From Candidatus Dojkabacteria bacterium (GTDB taxonomy: Bacteria > Patescibacteriota > Dojkabacteria > SC72), in assembly GCA_035271645.1 (NCBI GenBank), contig DATERJ010000018.1:17399-81398 (forward strand): a DNA stretch of 64,000 nucleotides. Direction: 5' to 3'. Both the position numbers and the translations under genes were made by a program. The notes beneath the pieces were generated by a model, which saw only the letters and a list, made by a program, of their open reading frames with translations, made no database searches and was not told the DNA's origin. This document shows positions 50,125-58,836 of this stretch, piece by piece (positions within the stretch are counted from its first letter, which is position 1; each line of letters begins with the position of its first letter).

Positions 50125-50213
50125 AGTGTAATTATACAAAACCTATTATGTCACATCAAATTAAAAAATATATGTATTCACTTTTACATACCAATATCTG
50201 ATACAATATTTAT

Positions 50214-50573
50214 ATGGAGAAAAATACAAAGAAAAATATTATCATTATTCTAATACTTCTTTTCATAATATCTCTAAGCCTAAGCATTTACTTTCTAAGA
50301 AGAAAGGATGATTCTTCAATAACATATTCTGAAGACTGTGTATTACAACACATGTGTCATATTAAAGATGCTATAAGATGTGGACCACCTAAGAAACTCG
50401 ACCCTGGGAGTTACCTTTGCACTGCTCAATACTTCCCAGAAGATATTTGTATGAATAGTATTAAATGCGGAATAAAAGATGGAAAATGTCAACAAGTGGA
50501 AAAATGGAGAGTAAAAGACTGTATTAGATGTGCTAAAAAAAGTGGAACTAACAATGAACATTGTATTAAGTAA
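50214..50573 (+). CDS. Small membrane-anchored Cys-rich protein
   Basis: N-terminal TM helix, 10 Cys in the C-domain. Confidence 0.65.
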   Translation: MEKNTKKNIIIILILLFIISLSLSIYFLRRKDDSSITYSEDCVLQHMCHIKDAIRCGPPKKLDPGSYLCTAQYFPEDICMNSIKCGIKDGKCQQVEKWRVKDCIRCAKKSGTNNEHCIK

Positions 50574-51116
50574 TTAAGAACTAGAATTCTTACTTCGAAT
50601 CTCCTCAACTAATTTCTTCTGCTCTTCATCTGTCATTAACTTTATACCTAACTCCTTTGCTACATCCTCAATCTTTCTCTCTGCTTCTGCTCTCTCATCT
50701 TCACTGTCTATAAGGATTTCCATCTCTATGTGATAACTCCAATCCTTACTATACTTAACAGCAAATTCTATACCTTTGTATATAAAATTATGTCTTTTTT
50801 GATAAGAATCAATTCTCTCTGTAAAACCAAGATGTTTAAAAACCTCCTTTGCAGTCTCAACAGATTCAATTGGTATTTCATATTCAAACTCTTCCTGTCC
50901 AGAACCATCTCCTACCTCCTGAAGTTTTAAACTAATCTTCGCACTATTCTTACTAATGTTTTTGACTACTTTAAGAAGTTTCTTATCTAAAATATAAAAG
51001 CTTGAATCCTTATCATCTTCTCCAAGATCCTCTCCATTCTCTAAAAGAAAATTCATAATACGATTATAATCTTCTTCTGAACATATACTTCTATACTCTA
51101 CCTCTATTTTTGCCAT
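50574..51116 (-). CDS. CYTH-domain (triphosphate tunnel) protein
   Basis: IEVEYR, EEFEY, K.R, HIEME. Confidence 0.75.
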   Translation of the reverse strand: MAKIEVEYRSICSEEDYNRIMNFLLENGEDLGEDDKDSSFYILDKKLLKVVKNISKNSAKISLKLQEVGDGSGQEEFEYEIPIESVETAKEVFKHLGFTERIDSYQKRHNFIYKGIEFAVKYSKDWSYHIEMEILIDSEDERAEAERKIEDVAKELGIKLMTDEEQKKLVEEIRSKNSSS

Positions 51117-51237
51117 AGTTGTAAAAAATAAAATTATCTATTCTTTTCCCAATTCTAACACAGATATCTTTAAGCTAAAATTATAAAACATTAAATTCTT
51201 CATATGCATTAAAATCCTCAATATGCTACAATATAGT

Positions 51238-51714
51238 ATGGTAACAATATATTTCTATGATACTAAGGTTGGAAAGATTGGAATTGCTGAAAAGAATGAG
51301 AAAGTCATAGCAGTTGTATTTGATGGTGAAAGATATGACCCATCATGGACAGAAAAAGATACCCCTCTTAAAAAGAAAACAATCAAACAGATTAATGAAT
51401 ATTTAGATGGTAAAAGAAAAACCTTTGATATTGACATATACTACACTACTGCATCTTCTTTCTTCTCAAGGATAATGAAGATATTAAAAAAGATTCCATA
51501 TGGAGAAACAATTACATACAAAGATATTGCTAAGAAGGTAAACAATCCAAAAGCATACAGAGCAGTAGGTATGGTATGTAACAGGAATCCATTACCAATC
51601 CTAATTCCATGTCACAGGGTAGTAGCAACAACAGGAGCAATGATAGGATACAGAGGTGGAGTGGAATTAAAGAAGAAATTGATAGATTTAGAGAAGGGAA
51701 TTAAACTAGAGTAA
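51238..51714 (+). CDS. ogt: Methylated-DNA--protein-cysteine methyltransferase
   Basis: IPYGET.TY, RAVG, NPLPILIPCHRVV. Confidence 0.93.
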   Translation: MVTIYFYDTKVGKIGIAEKNEKVIAVVFDGERYDPSWTEKDTPLKKKTIKQINEYLDGKRKTFDIDIYYTTASSFFSRIMKILKKIPYGETITYKDIAKKVNNPKAYRAVGMVCNRNPLPILIPCHRVVATTGAMIGYRGGVELKKKLIDLEKGIKLE

Positions 51715-51758
51715 TTGTATCTCTTTCATACAATATATTTTACATATATAATGAATGT

Positions 51759-52280
51759 ATGATACTAACTGCCAAAGAGATATCCAAAGAGGTTAAAAAA
51801 GGAAATATTACCATAGATCCATTTGATGAGAAATGCTTGAAACCTAACAGCTATATATATCACCTCTCTCCTAACCTAATACAAGTTCTTGATGTTGGAG
51901 ATAAAAGGAAGAAAGCTAAGACAAAAGAACTATTGATTAAAGAGAGAGGCCTAATACTTGAACCAAACAAACTCTATCTTGGTACAACCGTTGAGGAGAT
52001 TGGGAGCAAGAAGTTTGTAACATCTCTCATTGGAAGAAACAGTATTGCTAAATTAGGTATGTTTCTTCAAATTACAGCAGACTTAGGACAACTAGGTAAA
52101 GCTCACAGATGGACATTGGAGATAAAGGTAGTGCAAAGATTAAGAATATATCCTAATATGGAGATAGGACAGGTGACATTCTGGGTACCAAAAGGAGATA
52201 TTGATATACAAGGAACAGAGTTCTATGCTAAACAGAATGAACCATATCCTAGTCAGTTATATAACGAGAAAGGAAAATGA
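51759..52280 (+). CDS. dcd: dCTP deaminase/trimeric dUTPase family protein, copy 1
   Basis: MILT..EI, PNSY, GRNSIAKLG, WTLEI, IGQVTF. Confidence 0.8.
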   Translation: MILTAKEISKEVKKGNITIDPFDEKCLKPNSYIYHLSPNLIQVLDVGDKRKKAKTKELLIKERGLILEPNKLYLGTTVEEIGSKKFVTSLIGRNSIAKLGMFLQITADLGQLGKAHRWTLEIKVVQRLRIYPNMEIGQVTFWVPKGDIDIQGTEFYAKQNEPYPSQLYNEKGK

Positions 52281-52717
52281 TATTAACAGGTAAAGAGATA
52301 CAAAAGGAGGTTGAGAAAGGAAGAATCATTATAGATCCTTTTAACATTGAGGATGTTGAAACTAATTCATATGATTTTCATATTGATAGTACCCTCTATA
52401 CATACAAAAAAGATATACTAGACCCTACAGAAGAGAATCCACTTGAGGAGATAAAGATACCTGCTAGTGGACTAATACTAAGTCCTAAGAAGATATATAT
52501 TGGTAAAACTAAGGAGGTTATCGGTAGTGATTATTTTGTTCCCATTATTAAAGGTAGGTCATCTACTGGTAGACTTGGTATTTTTGTAAATATTACTGCA
52601 GATTTAATAGATTTAGGTTCTATACAGAGACCTACTCTAACAATTCATGTTGTTACACCTGTTAAGATATATCCTAATACGAAGATAGGACAGGTAACTT
52701 TTTGGGTTGCTAAGTAA
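52277..52717 (+). CDS. dcd: dCTP deaminase/trimeric dUTPase family protein, copy 2 (short C-terminus)
   Basis: NSYDF, GRSSTGRLG, TADLIDLG, IGQVTFW; ATGA overlap with copy 1. Confidence 0.8.
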   Translation: MILTGKEIQKEVEKGRIIIDPFNIEDVETNSYDFHIDSTLYTYKKDILDPTEENPLEEIKIPASGLILSPKKIYIGKTKEVIGSDYFVPIIKGRSSTGRLGIFVNITADLIDLGSIQRPTLTIHVVTPVKIYPNTKIGQVTFWVAK

Positions 52718-52797
52718 AGAAAAAAACCCTACTCAAACTAAAAAATAACAATATACGAAATATCGTATAAGTATTTCCTAATTCTTTCGGGTTTAGA

Positions 52798-53154
52798 TCA
52801 TAGGATATTGACACGCAATGCGTAGTCATTTAATCCCAATTGAGTCCAAATACCACAGACTCGTTTTGGATTGGAGAGGAGAGATTTTGGATCACCTTCA
52901 TAGAGAAGAACCGAAATACTATTACCAAGATTATCCGTTAAACGATATCTATCAACAGTATAGGTGGTTCCTGTTCCTGCATACTCATGAACCAAATCAA
53001 TTGATTCCGTTGTTTCAAAATCAATCTTTTCTCCTCGGACACATATTCTCCTGTTTGCATATACATCAGGGTTCTCTTTCAACTGATGAACCGTAAGTCT
53101 CTTAGCACAACAAAAGAACAAACCATAAAACAAGTTACATAAAAAATCTCCCAT
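52798..53154 (-). CDS. Hypothetical protein (possible OB-fold)
   Basis: 118-aa ORF with AAAGGAG SD and TGGTATAAT upstream. Confidence 0.5.
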   Translation of the reverse strand: MGDFLCNLFYGLFFCCAKRLTVHQLKENPDVYANRRICVRGEKIDFETTESIDLVHEYAGTGTTYTVDRYRLTDNLGNSISVLLYEGDPKSLLSNPKRVCGIWTQLGLNDYALRVNIL

Positions 53155-53339
53155 CTAGACATCTCCTTTCCTTTCACTATAAAGAACTTTTGTAGGACTA
53201 ATCTGTCCATACATCTATTTATATTATACCATGAAAACTATGAGTCCTACAAATAGATTAACATTGGTTCAACACAAAAATAGTAAAGGTAACTTTCTTA
53301 GTTACTAAGTAAATCCTTTTATATATAACTCTCTAAGCC

Positions 53340-54341
53340 TTATTTATGTGGACATGGTGGATATCCAGTAATAACTCCAATACCTATCTGCTTATTAGTA
53401 TGTTGGTTTTGTACTTTTATTCTTGTACCTGGTTCATACAAAGCAGGACCTCCAAGCATTATAAACTTTCTCATCTCTATATCTGCAACTTCTCCAGGAT
53501 TAATAGGTTTGGATATTACAGGTGTACCATTTCCTACTATAAATGCTCTACCAGAAGGGTTTTCGGGTATGAAGCTAAGAATATAACCTTGGTTGTTTAC
53601 AACAGATTGTTCTTCCGTGTTTCCTTCTTCCTTAGTAAATACATATACTTTAAGTTTTACTTTAGTAGCTAATTGCATATCTGTACCAAAGGTTGCTCGT
53701 TTGTAGAAATAATCATTATCCATAGCAATACCAACTGACTCTGATACAGTTGCAGAATTTACTAGCTTTCCTGCCTTCATCATTTTAGTTATCTTTGTTG
53801 AAACATCAGGTACTATTCCACAAATACCTGTTTGTTTAAGAGTATCTCCAACTTTAAGAGTTCCCCTTCTTACTGTTACTGTTAAGTATTTTGTACCATT
53901 AATAGTTGTTGTCTCCTTTGAATCTATAATTACACTTGTTGCATCAGGAGTCCATAAACTCTCAACTCGTTCTCGTGGAGGAAGTATCTTTGGTATTGGT
54001 TTAGGACTTATATAACGAGGTGTCGGAATTTCTGATGAAGGTGTGGAAGATTCAGGTGTAGTTGTTTCAGGTGTAGTTGATTTACTTGATTCAGATGATG
54101 GCTTATCTACATCCTCTACCATTTCCTCCTCCCTTATTACCAACTCCTCTTCTTCCTGTAACTCTGCAACTATCTTCTTACTCCTTCTTTCCTGATTTAC
54201 ATCAGTACCCTTGTTCTTCTTTGCATAGAGAATTAACACCATCTCTAAGCATAGAATGAGGAAAAGAATAACAGAGACTGCAAGCAGAGTCTTCTGCTTT
54301 TTAGTTAAAGAAAGTTTCTTTGTTTTACTTTCTTCTTTCAT
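53340..54341 (-). CDS. Membrane-anchored protein with EF-Tu domain II/III-like beta-barrels, no G domain
   Basis: TM helix plus S/T/P linker, then TVTVRRGTLKVGD, VYVFTKEEG, INPGE, EPGTRI...IGIGVIT, collinear with EF-Tu TGRVERG..KVGE, VYILSKDEG, VMPGD, G.RF...VGAGVV. Confidence 0.65.
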   Translation of the reverse strand: MKEESKTKKLSLTKKQKTLLAVSVILFLILCLEMVLILYAKKNKGTDVNQERRSKKIVAELQEEEELVIREEEMVEDVDKPSSESSKSTTPETTTPESSTPSSEIPTPRYISPKPIPKILPPRERVESLWTPDATSVIIDSKETTTINGTKYLTVTVRRGTLKVGDTLKQTGICGIVPDVSTKITKMMKAGKLVNSATVSESVGIAMDNDYFYKRATFGTDMQLATKVKLKVYVFTKEEGNTEEQSVVNNQGYILSFIPENPSGRAFIVGNGTPVISKPINPGEVADIEMRKFIMLGGPALYEPGTRIKVQNQHTNKQIGIGVITGYPPCPHK

Positions 54342-54502
54342 AATTATTTTTGTAAAAAGTTATATACATAACCTTCACTACTAATTAAATATATCAATTT
54401 CTATGGATATAGACAACTATTAGGGTAACTTCTTCATTTAGAATCCCAAACTTACTACTTACTTAGTATTATGGTAAAACAAGGATTATATAATAGTTTT
54501 TA

Positions 54503-54991
54503 CTACTCCTCTGTCCAAACCACTTTTCCACCCAATCTTAAAAAATGTTCAAATCTTACAGATATCTTATCTACAGGAACAACTGGTTCTCTGTTTTTAT
54601 ATTGCCAAGACCCACCTCCTTGCGTTATAAAACCATCAGGAGGAATTATATACAATGTTCCTACATTATCCTTCATATATTCTTTCCACCTTAAAGGTAC
54701 TTCTGCTAACAAATAACTACCTTTACCTCTAACTATTATATTTCCTTTTAGAATCTCTTTAGGTATTTTTTCTCTACTTATTAAAGCAAAGATACAAGTC
54801 TAAGGGTTTGAACTTGCAAATACAGCTGTATCATTATTAAAAGTATTTGAAGAATCAGCATCGTAGGCTCTTTGTGGTTCTAATCTTTCGATATTATCCA
54901 TACGAGAACCATGGAATAGGTATCCTTTCTCTTGATACTCTAATATCCTTGTTAAATCGTCTTCTAATGTATCTACTTTCTCCAATTCCAT
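54503..54991 (-). pseudogene. Hypothetical protein interrupted by in-frame TAG (54800-54802)
   Basis: ORFs 54800..54991 and 54503..54712 are in the same frame and the sequence between them is open: AVFASSNP*TCIFALISREKIPK... Confidence 0.65.
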
Positions 54992-55288
54992 AATGTATTA
55001 TACTACTTCTTATCTATTCATAGCTCATATCTTAACATAACCCTAGAGAATATAAAATTATTAACTATGTTTGAACCTTCAATATTTTTATGCAATACTC
55101 TGATATGACTAAAGAACAAAAGAAAACAATTAAAGATTGGAAAAAGTTAATACTTCCTGAAACCCCTAAAACTTCTAAAATAGACGCCCAAAAAATACTT
55201 CTACAAATGAGATATGGAGATTCAAAATGTTCATAGTAGAAGATACTTTTTACTTTTGTTCACCCTATTCACAAATTCTTCAACCTCA

Positions 55289-56101
55289 CTATGTATCACT
55301 CCTGGTTCTAACTTCAGTCCTAGGTTGTTTATCGCTCCTACCTCTAATATCAATCTTAGGTGGTTTAATTTGAATCTTAGGTTTCTTTGGGTATCCTTCA
55401 AAACGAAGTCCTTTACCTGCAAGAAAATTTTTCATAGAAGCAATTTGTTCTCTTGGATAATCTGTAGAAGTATTACCCCATGCTTTTAGGAAATAGTTTG
55501 AAGACCATCTATCTTTTTTTGCACCAGGAGTAAGACCTATTTCATATGTAGCATCTAATTTATACCAAACACCTCCTATATTCACCCTATTAAAAGCATG
55601 TGGTGGTCTTTCTTGTGACCGTATTTCAGCATTTACTTTCATAGATTTACACAGTAGATAAACAGCTTCGCTTATTCCTCTACATACAGATGACTGTGTT
55701 ACTAATGCAGAATATGATGAAGCAGTTGAATGTCCACGACTTAGCACGTCAAAAGGAGAAACATGACCCGTCCTAGTAAGTTCGACATCAGCATAGCTTA
55801 CTGTACTAAGAATATGATTGTATATATACATTACTTTTGCTAGTTCTAACTTGTCCACAGGGAAAATGCTCCCCCTTATTAAATCGTTAAAACCTCCACG
55901 AACTTCTTCTATCTTTTCTCTCAAGTTAGTCATCTGTCTTCTATTAAGATATGTATTCGCTGAAGTCTCACTATCATCAGGTACTCCTGTGAAGATATCT
56001 ATACCAGGTTCCATCTCCCCAAGAATAGCATCCTCAACTGTCTGTGCAGGTCTCCGAGTTATATATCCTTCTGAACTCTCTCCTTCTGGCATAAAATACA
56101 A
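55289..56101 (-). CDS. Transglutaminase-like (Cys-His-Asp) domain protein
   Basis: VCRGISEA, HAFNRV, WYKLDAT. Confidence 0.8.
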   Translation of the reverse strand: MYFMPEGESSEGYITRRPAQTVEDAILGEMEPGIDIFTGVPDDSETSANTYLNRRQMTNLREKIEEVRGGFNDLIRGSIFPVDKLELAKVMYIYNHILSTVSYADVELTRTGHVSPFDVLSRGHSTASSYSALVTQSSVCRGISEAVYLLCKSMKVNAEIRSQERPPHAFNRVNIGGVWYKLDATYEIGLTPGAKKDRWSSNYFLKAWGNTSTDYPREQIASMKNFLAGKGLRFEGYPKKPKIQIKPPKIDIRGRSDKQPRTEVRTRSDT

Positions 56102-56176
56102 AATATATTAATTTAACCGTATACTCGTATTTATCATAATTATATTATACACACAAAACTCTATTTTTATGAACTA

Positions 56177-56794
56177 CTACACCCTACTAACAAACATATT
56201 ATCTTTCAAATACCATCTCCAAGGTACATCTCTAAACTCTTCTGCATAATCAATACCTATTCTAGTTGTTTTAACAATATCTTTTTCCTTAACCTTAAAA
56301 CCATCATCTATTAAAAATAGTGCAGAATCATTACTACAAAAATCAATACCACTCAAAGATTTAGTAATATTCATAGCTTGTGTAAACTTACCAGGACCAT
56401 TTGTAAGAGACTTTAAATCTTCCATACCCCTTCTCTCTTTCATAATATCAATACCATACATTGGTTCTATTGCTCGTATTAAAATAGCACCAGGTATACC
56501 TTTTTTACCAACAACAATATTCAAAAGATGATGTGTATGAACAGTATAGATATATGCATGTCCACCTATTCCAAATTGAACTTCTGTTCTAGGTGTTCTT
56601 TTGTTAAGGTATGTATGCGATCCTTTATCTTCTCCCCCAGGATATGCCTCTACTTCTACAATCCTTCCTCCTGTAATAATATCCCCTTCTTGATGAATTA
56701 AAACTTTACCTAACAATTCTCTAAGTACAATAAATATATCTTGAAGATAGAAATCTCGTTGAAGAATATCTTTTTTAAAACTACCAACTTCCAC
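56177..56794 (-). CDS. DNA-3-methyladenine glycosylase (MPG/AAG family)
   Basis: LLGK, IVEVEAY, LIRAIEP, NGPGK, RIGI; probable GTG start at 56794 after GGAGG. Confidence 0.88.
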   Translation of the reverse strand: MEVGSFKKDILQRDFYLQDIFIVLRELLGKVLIHQEGDIITGGRIVEVEAYPGGEDKGSHTYLNKRTPRTEVQFGIGGHAYIYTVHTHHLLNIVVGKKGIPGAILIRAIEPMYGIDIMKERRGMEDLKSLTNGPGKFTQAMNITKSLSGIDFCSNDSALFLIDDGFKVKEKDIVKTTRIGIDYAEEFRDVPWRWYLKDNMFVSRV

Positions 56795-57521
56795 TAGCAC
56801 CACCTCCTCCAGAACTTCCACCTCCAAAACCACCTCCAGAGCTATCACTAGAACTATCACCTCCACCCCATCCACTAAACAAAGATGTAGACCTACTTCC
56901 TGTTCCAACACATCTTCTCTTGCAACTAGGATTTCTCCTGTTTAAGATCTTTACAATTATAACGATGAGGATAATAAGAAGGACTATGGAAAGTAAAGAA
57001 ATAGAGGAATTAGTAGATTCATCCTCGGGTACTTCAAATTCCCCCTTAGTTATTTCAATAATCTTGTCTACACTCTGGTCAATACCTTCATAATATCGAT
57101 TCTCCTTGAAATTAGGAACCATTACATTCTGAACTATCCAATTAGCTTCAACATCTGTAAGTGAACCTTCTAAACCATACCCTACCTCTATCCTCATCTG
57201 TCTGTCACTCATTGCCACAAGTATTAACACACCATTATCTTTTCTTTCTTTCCCTATCCCCCATTCCTCAAAAAGTTTGACTGCAAAATGCTCTATGTAG
57301 TCACCTTGAAGAGAATCAATAATGACAACCCCTATTTCATTCGTACTCTCCTGTTCAAATGCTGCAATTTTACTCTCTAAAGCACTCGCTTGTTCTTGTG
57401 TAAGAGTGTTAGTATAGTCATTAACATATCCATCTGGAGTACCTAAATCATAGTATGCAACAAGAGGTGTTGCAGACAACAAAAGAAGTATTAAAGATAT
57501 TACAATATTTTTAATTTTCAT
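56781..57521 (-). CDS. TPM-domain (YgcG) membrane protein
   Basis: YVNDY, WGIG...DNGVL, IEVGYGLEG, Gly-rich tail GGGGASGSW. Confidence 0.92.
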   Translation of the reverse strand: MKIKNIVISLILLLLSATPLVAYYDLGTPDGYVNDYTNTLTQEQASALESKIAAFEQESTNEIGVVIIDSLQGDYIEHFAVKLFEEWGIGKERKDNGVLILVAMSDRQMRIEVGYGLEGSLTDVEANWIVQNVMVPNFKENRYYEGIDQSVDKIIEITKGEFEVPEDESTNSSISLLSIVLLIILIVIIVKILNRRNPSCKRRCVGTGSRSTSLFSGWGGGDSSSDSSGGGFGGGSSGGGGASGSW

Positions 57522-57531
57522 CTAAAAGATC

Positions 57532-58101
57532 TTACTTTGTCAAATCAACCTTAGGAGCAACTTCTGAACCTTCTACTGATTCAAAATATGCTTTCTCTTC
57601 AAATCCAAACATAGATGCTATCCATTTAGTTGGAATTGTTTTAACATCTGAGTTAAATACTTTTACCTGATCATTGTATCTCTGCCTTTCAACAGCGATT
57701 CTGTTCTCTGTACCCTCTAACTGAGACATCAATGTTTTAACTGTATCTAAAGATTTAAGCTCTGGATAGTTTTCCATTACAACGAGAAGTCTTGATAATG
57801 CACCCTCTACCTCTGTAGCAGCCTCTGCTTTTTCACTAGTTGTTTGTGCTGAGGAATATCTTGTTCTTGCATCTGCAATCTTAGAAAAAACTTCTGTTTC
57901 TTGAGACATAGCTCCTTTAACAGACTCAACCAAGTTAGGAATTAAATCAAATCTTCTTTGATATTGACTCTCAACCTGTGCCCATTGGTTATCTACTTCT
58001 TCATTGCCCTTTACAAGTCTATTGTGAGTTGAAAGGAAGAAACCTCCTACAACAACAATGATACCGACTATGATTGCCCATGTTGGTAATCCTTTTTTCA
58101 T
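57532..58101 (-). CDS. lemA: LemA family protein
   Basis: QRRFDLIPNLV, ENYPELK, EGTENRIAVER. Confidence 0.95.
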   Translation of the reverse strand: MKKGLPTWAIIVGIIVVVGGFFLSTHNRLVKGNEEVDNQWAQVESQYQRRFDLIPNLVESVKGAMSQETEVFSKIADARTRYSSAQTTSEKAEAATEVEGALSRLLVVMENYPELKSLDTVKTLMSQLEGTENRIAVERQRYNDQVKVFNSDVKTIPTKWIASMFGFEEKAYFESVEGSEVAPKVDLTK

Positions 58102-58176
58102 ATTAGTTTAGAGATAAAATAATGTAAGAACCTATTAAGGTTAACATAAAAAACATATTGTGACAACATGAGAAAT

Positions 58177-58251
58177 TGGTACCGCTACGGGGAATCGAAC
58201 CCCGATTGTAGGATTGAGAATCCTATGTCCTAACCGTTAGACGATAGCGGC
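58177..58251 (-). tRNA. tRNA-Glu (CUC)
   Basis: GCCGCTA...TAGCGGT-A-CCA, anticodon arm TAGGA-TTCTCAA-TCCTA, GGTTCGA. Confidence 0.95.
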
Positions 58252-58380
58252 ATATCTTCGAGTAGTAATTCTATCATATTCCTTTCTTTTTGTGTACCAT
58301 TAGGACATTCCAAACAATCTTGACATGCTATTTTTAAATGTATATCATCTGACCCCGTTAATATAGATAAACATATATAT

Positions 58381-58836
58381 ATGGATGAAAACAATCAATA
58401 CCTAACAACAAAAGAAGGTTTGGAAAAACTAAAAGAAGAGTTGAAGGAGAGAGAAGGCAATCTCACAAAGAAGATTGCAGACACATTGAATGAGATGAGA
58501 AGTCAGGGAGACCTTAGTGAGAACGATGGTTATACAATGGCTGTTGAAGAGCAAAATATAAACGAGGCTAGAATTAGAGAATTAAGGGAGAAGATAAAGA
58601 ATGCAAAGATAGTAAAAGGAGATAACAAGGATATGGTGAATATAGGGGATACTGTGACATTAGAAGGAAAGAAGACTTTGACATACACATTGGTAAGTGA
58701 AGATGAGGCTAACCCACTAGAAGGTAAGATCTCACATTTCTCACCACTTGGAAAAGAGATTGTAGGTAAGAAGAAAGGAGATATGATACTATTCCCTAAT
58801 GGAGAAGATAAGTACAAAATTACAAAGATTGCTTAA
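58381..58836 (+). CDS. greA: Transcription elongation factor GreA
   Basis: LT.EG..KL..EL, GDLSEN, IS..SPLG. Confidence 0.92.
   Translation: MDENNQYLTTKEGLEKLKEELKEREGNLTKKIADTLNEMRSQGDLSENDGYTMAVEEQNINEARIRELREKIKNAKIVKGDNKDMVNIGDTVTLEGKKTLTYTLVSEDEANPLEGKISHFSPLGKEIVGKKKGDMILFPNGEDKYKITKIA

Noticed and set aside
51759-52717. Anti-phage dCTP deaminase defence system
   Set aside because: The described defence enzymes are zinc-dependent CMP/dCMP-deaminase-fold proteins; these are trimeric dUTPase-fold Dcd homologs
41479-54802. Amber (TAG) recoding suggested by two in-frame TAG codons
   Set aside because: TAG ends many complete genes here (trxA, peroxiredoxin, mnmA, ddl, rny) and no suppressor or pyl machinery is seen; mutation or error is more likely
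56795-56911. N-terminal extension of MPG in the ORF track
   Set aside because: It is the alternative frame of the Gly-rich TPM tail; a GTG with SD at 56794 fits better
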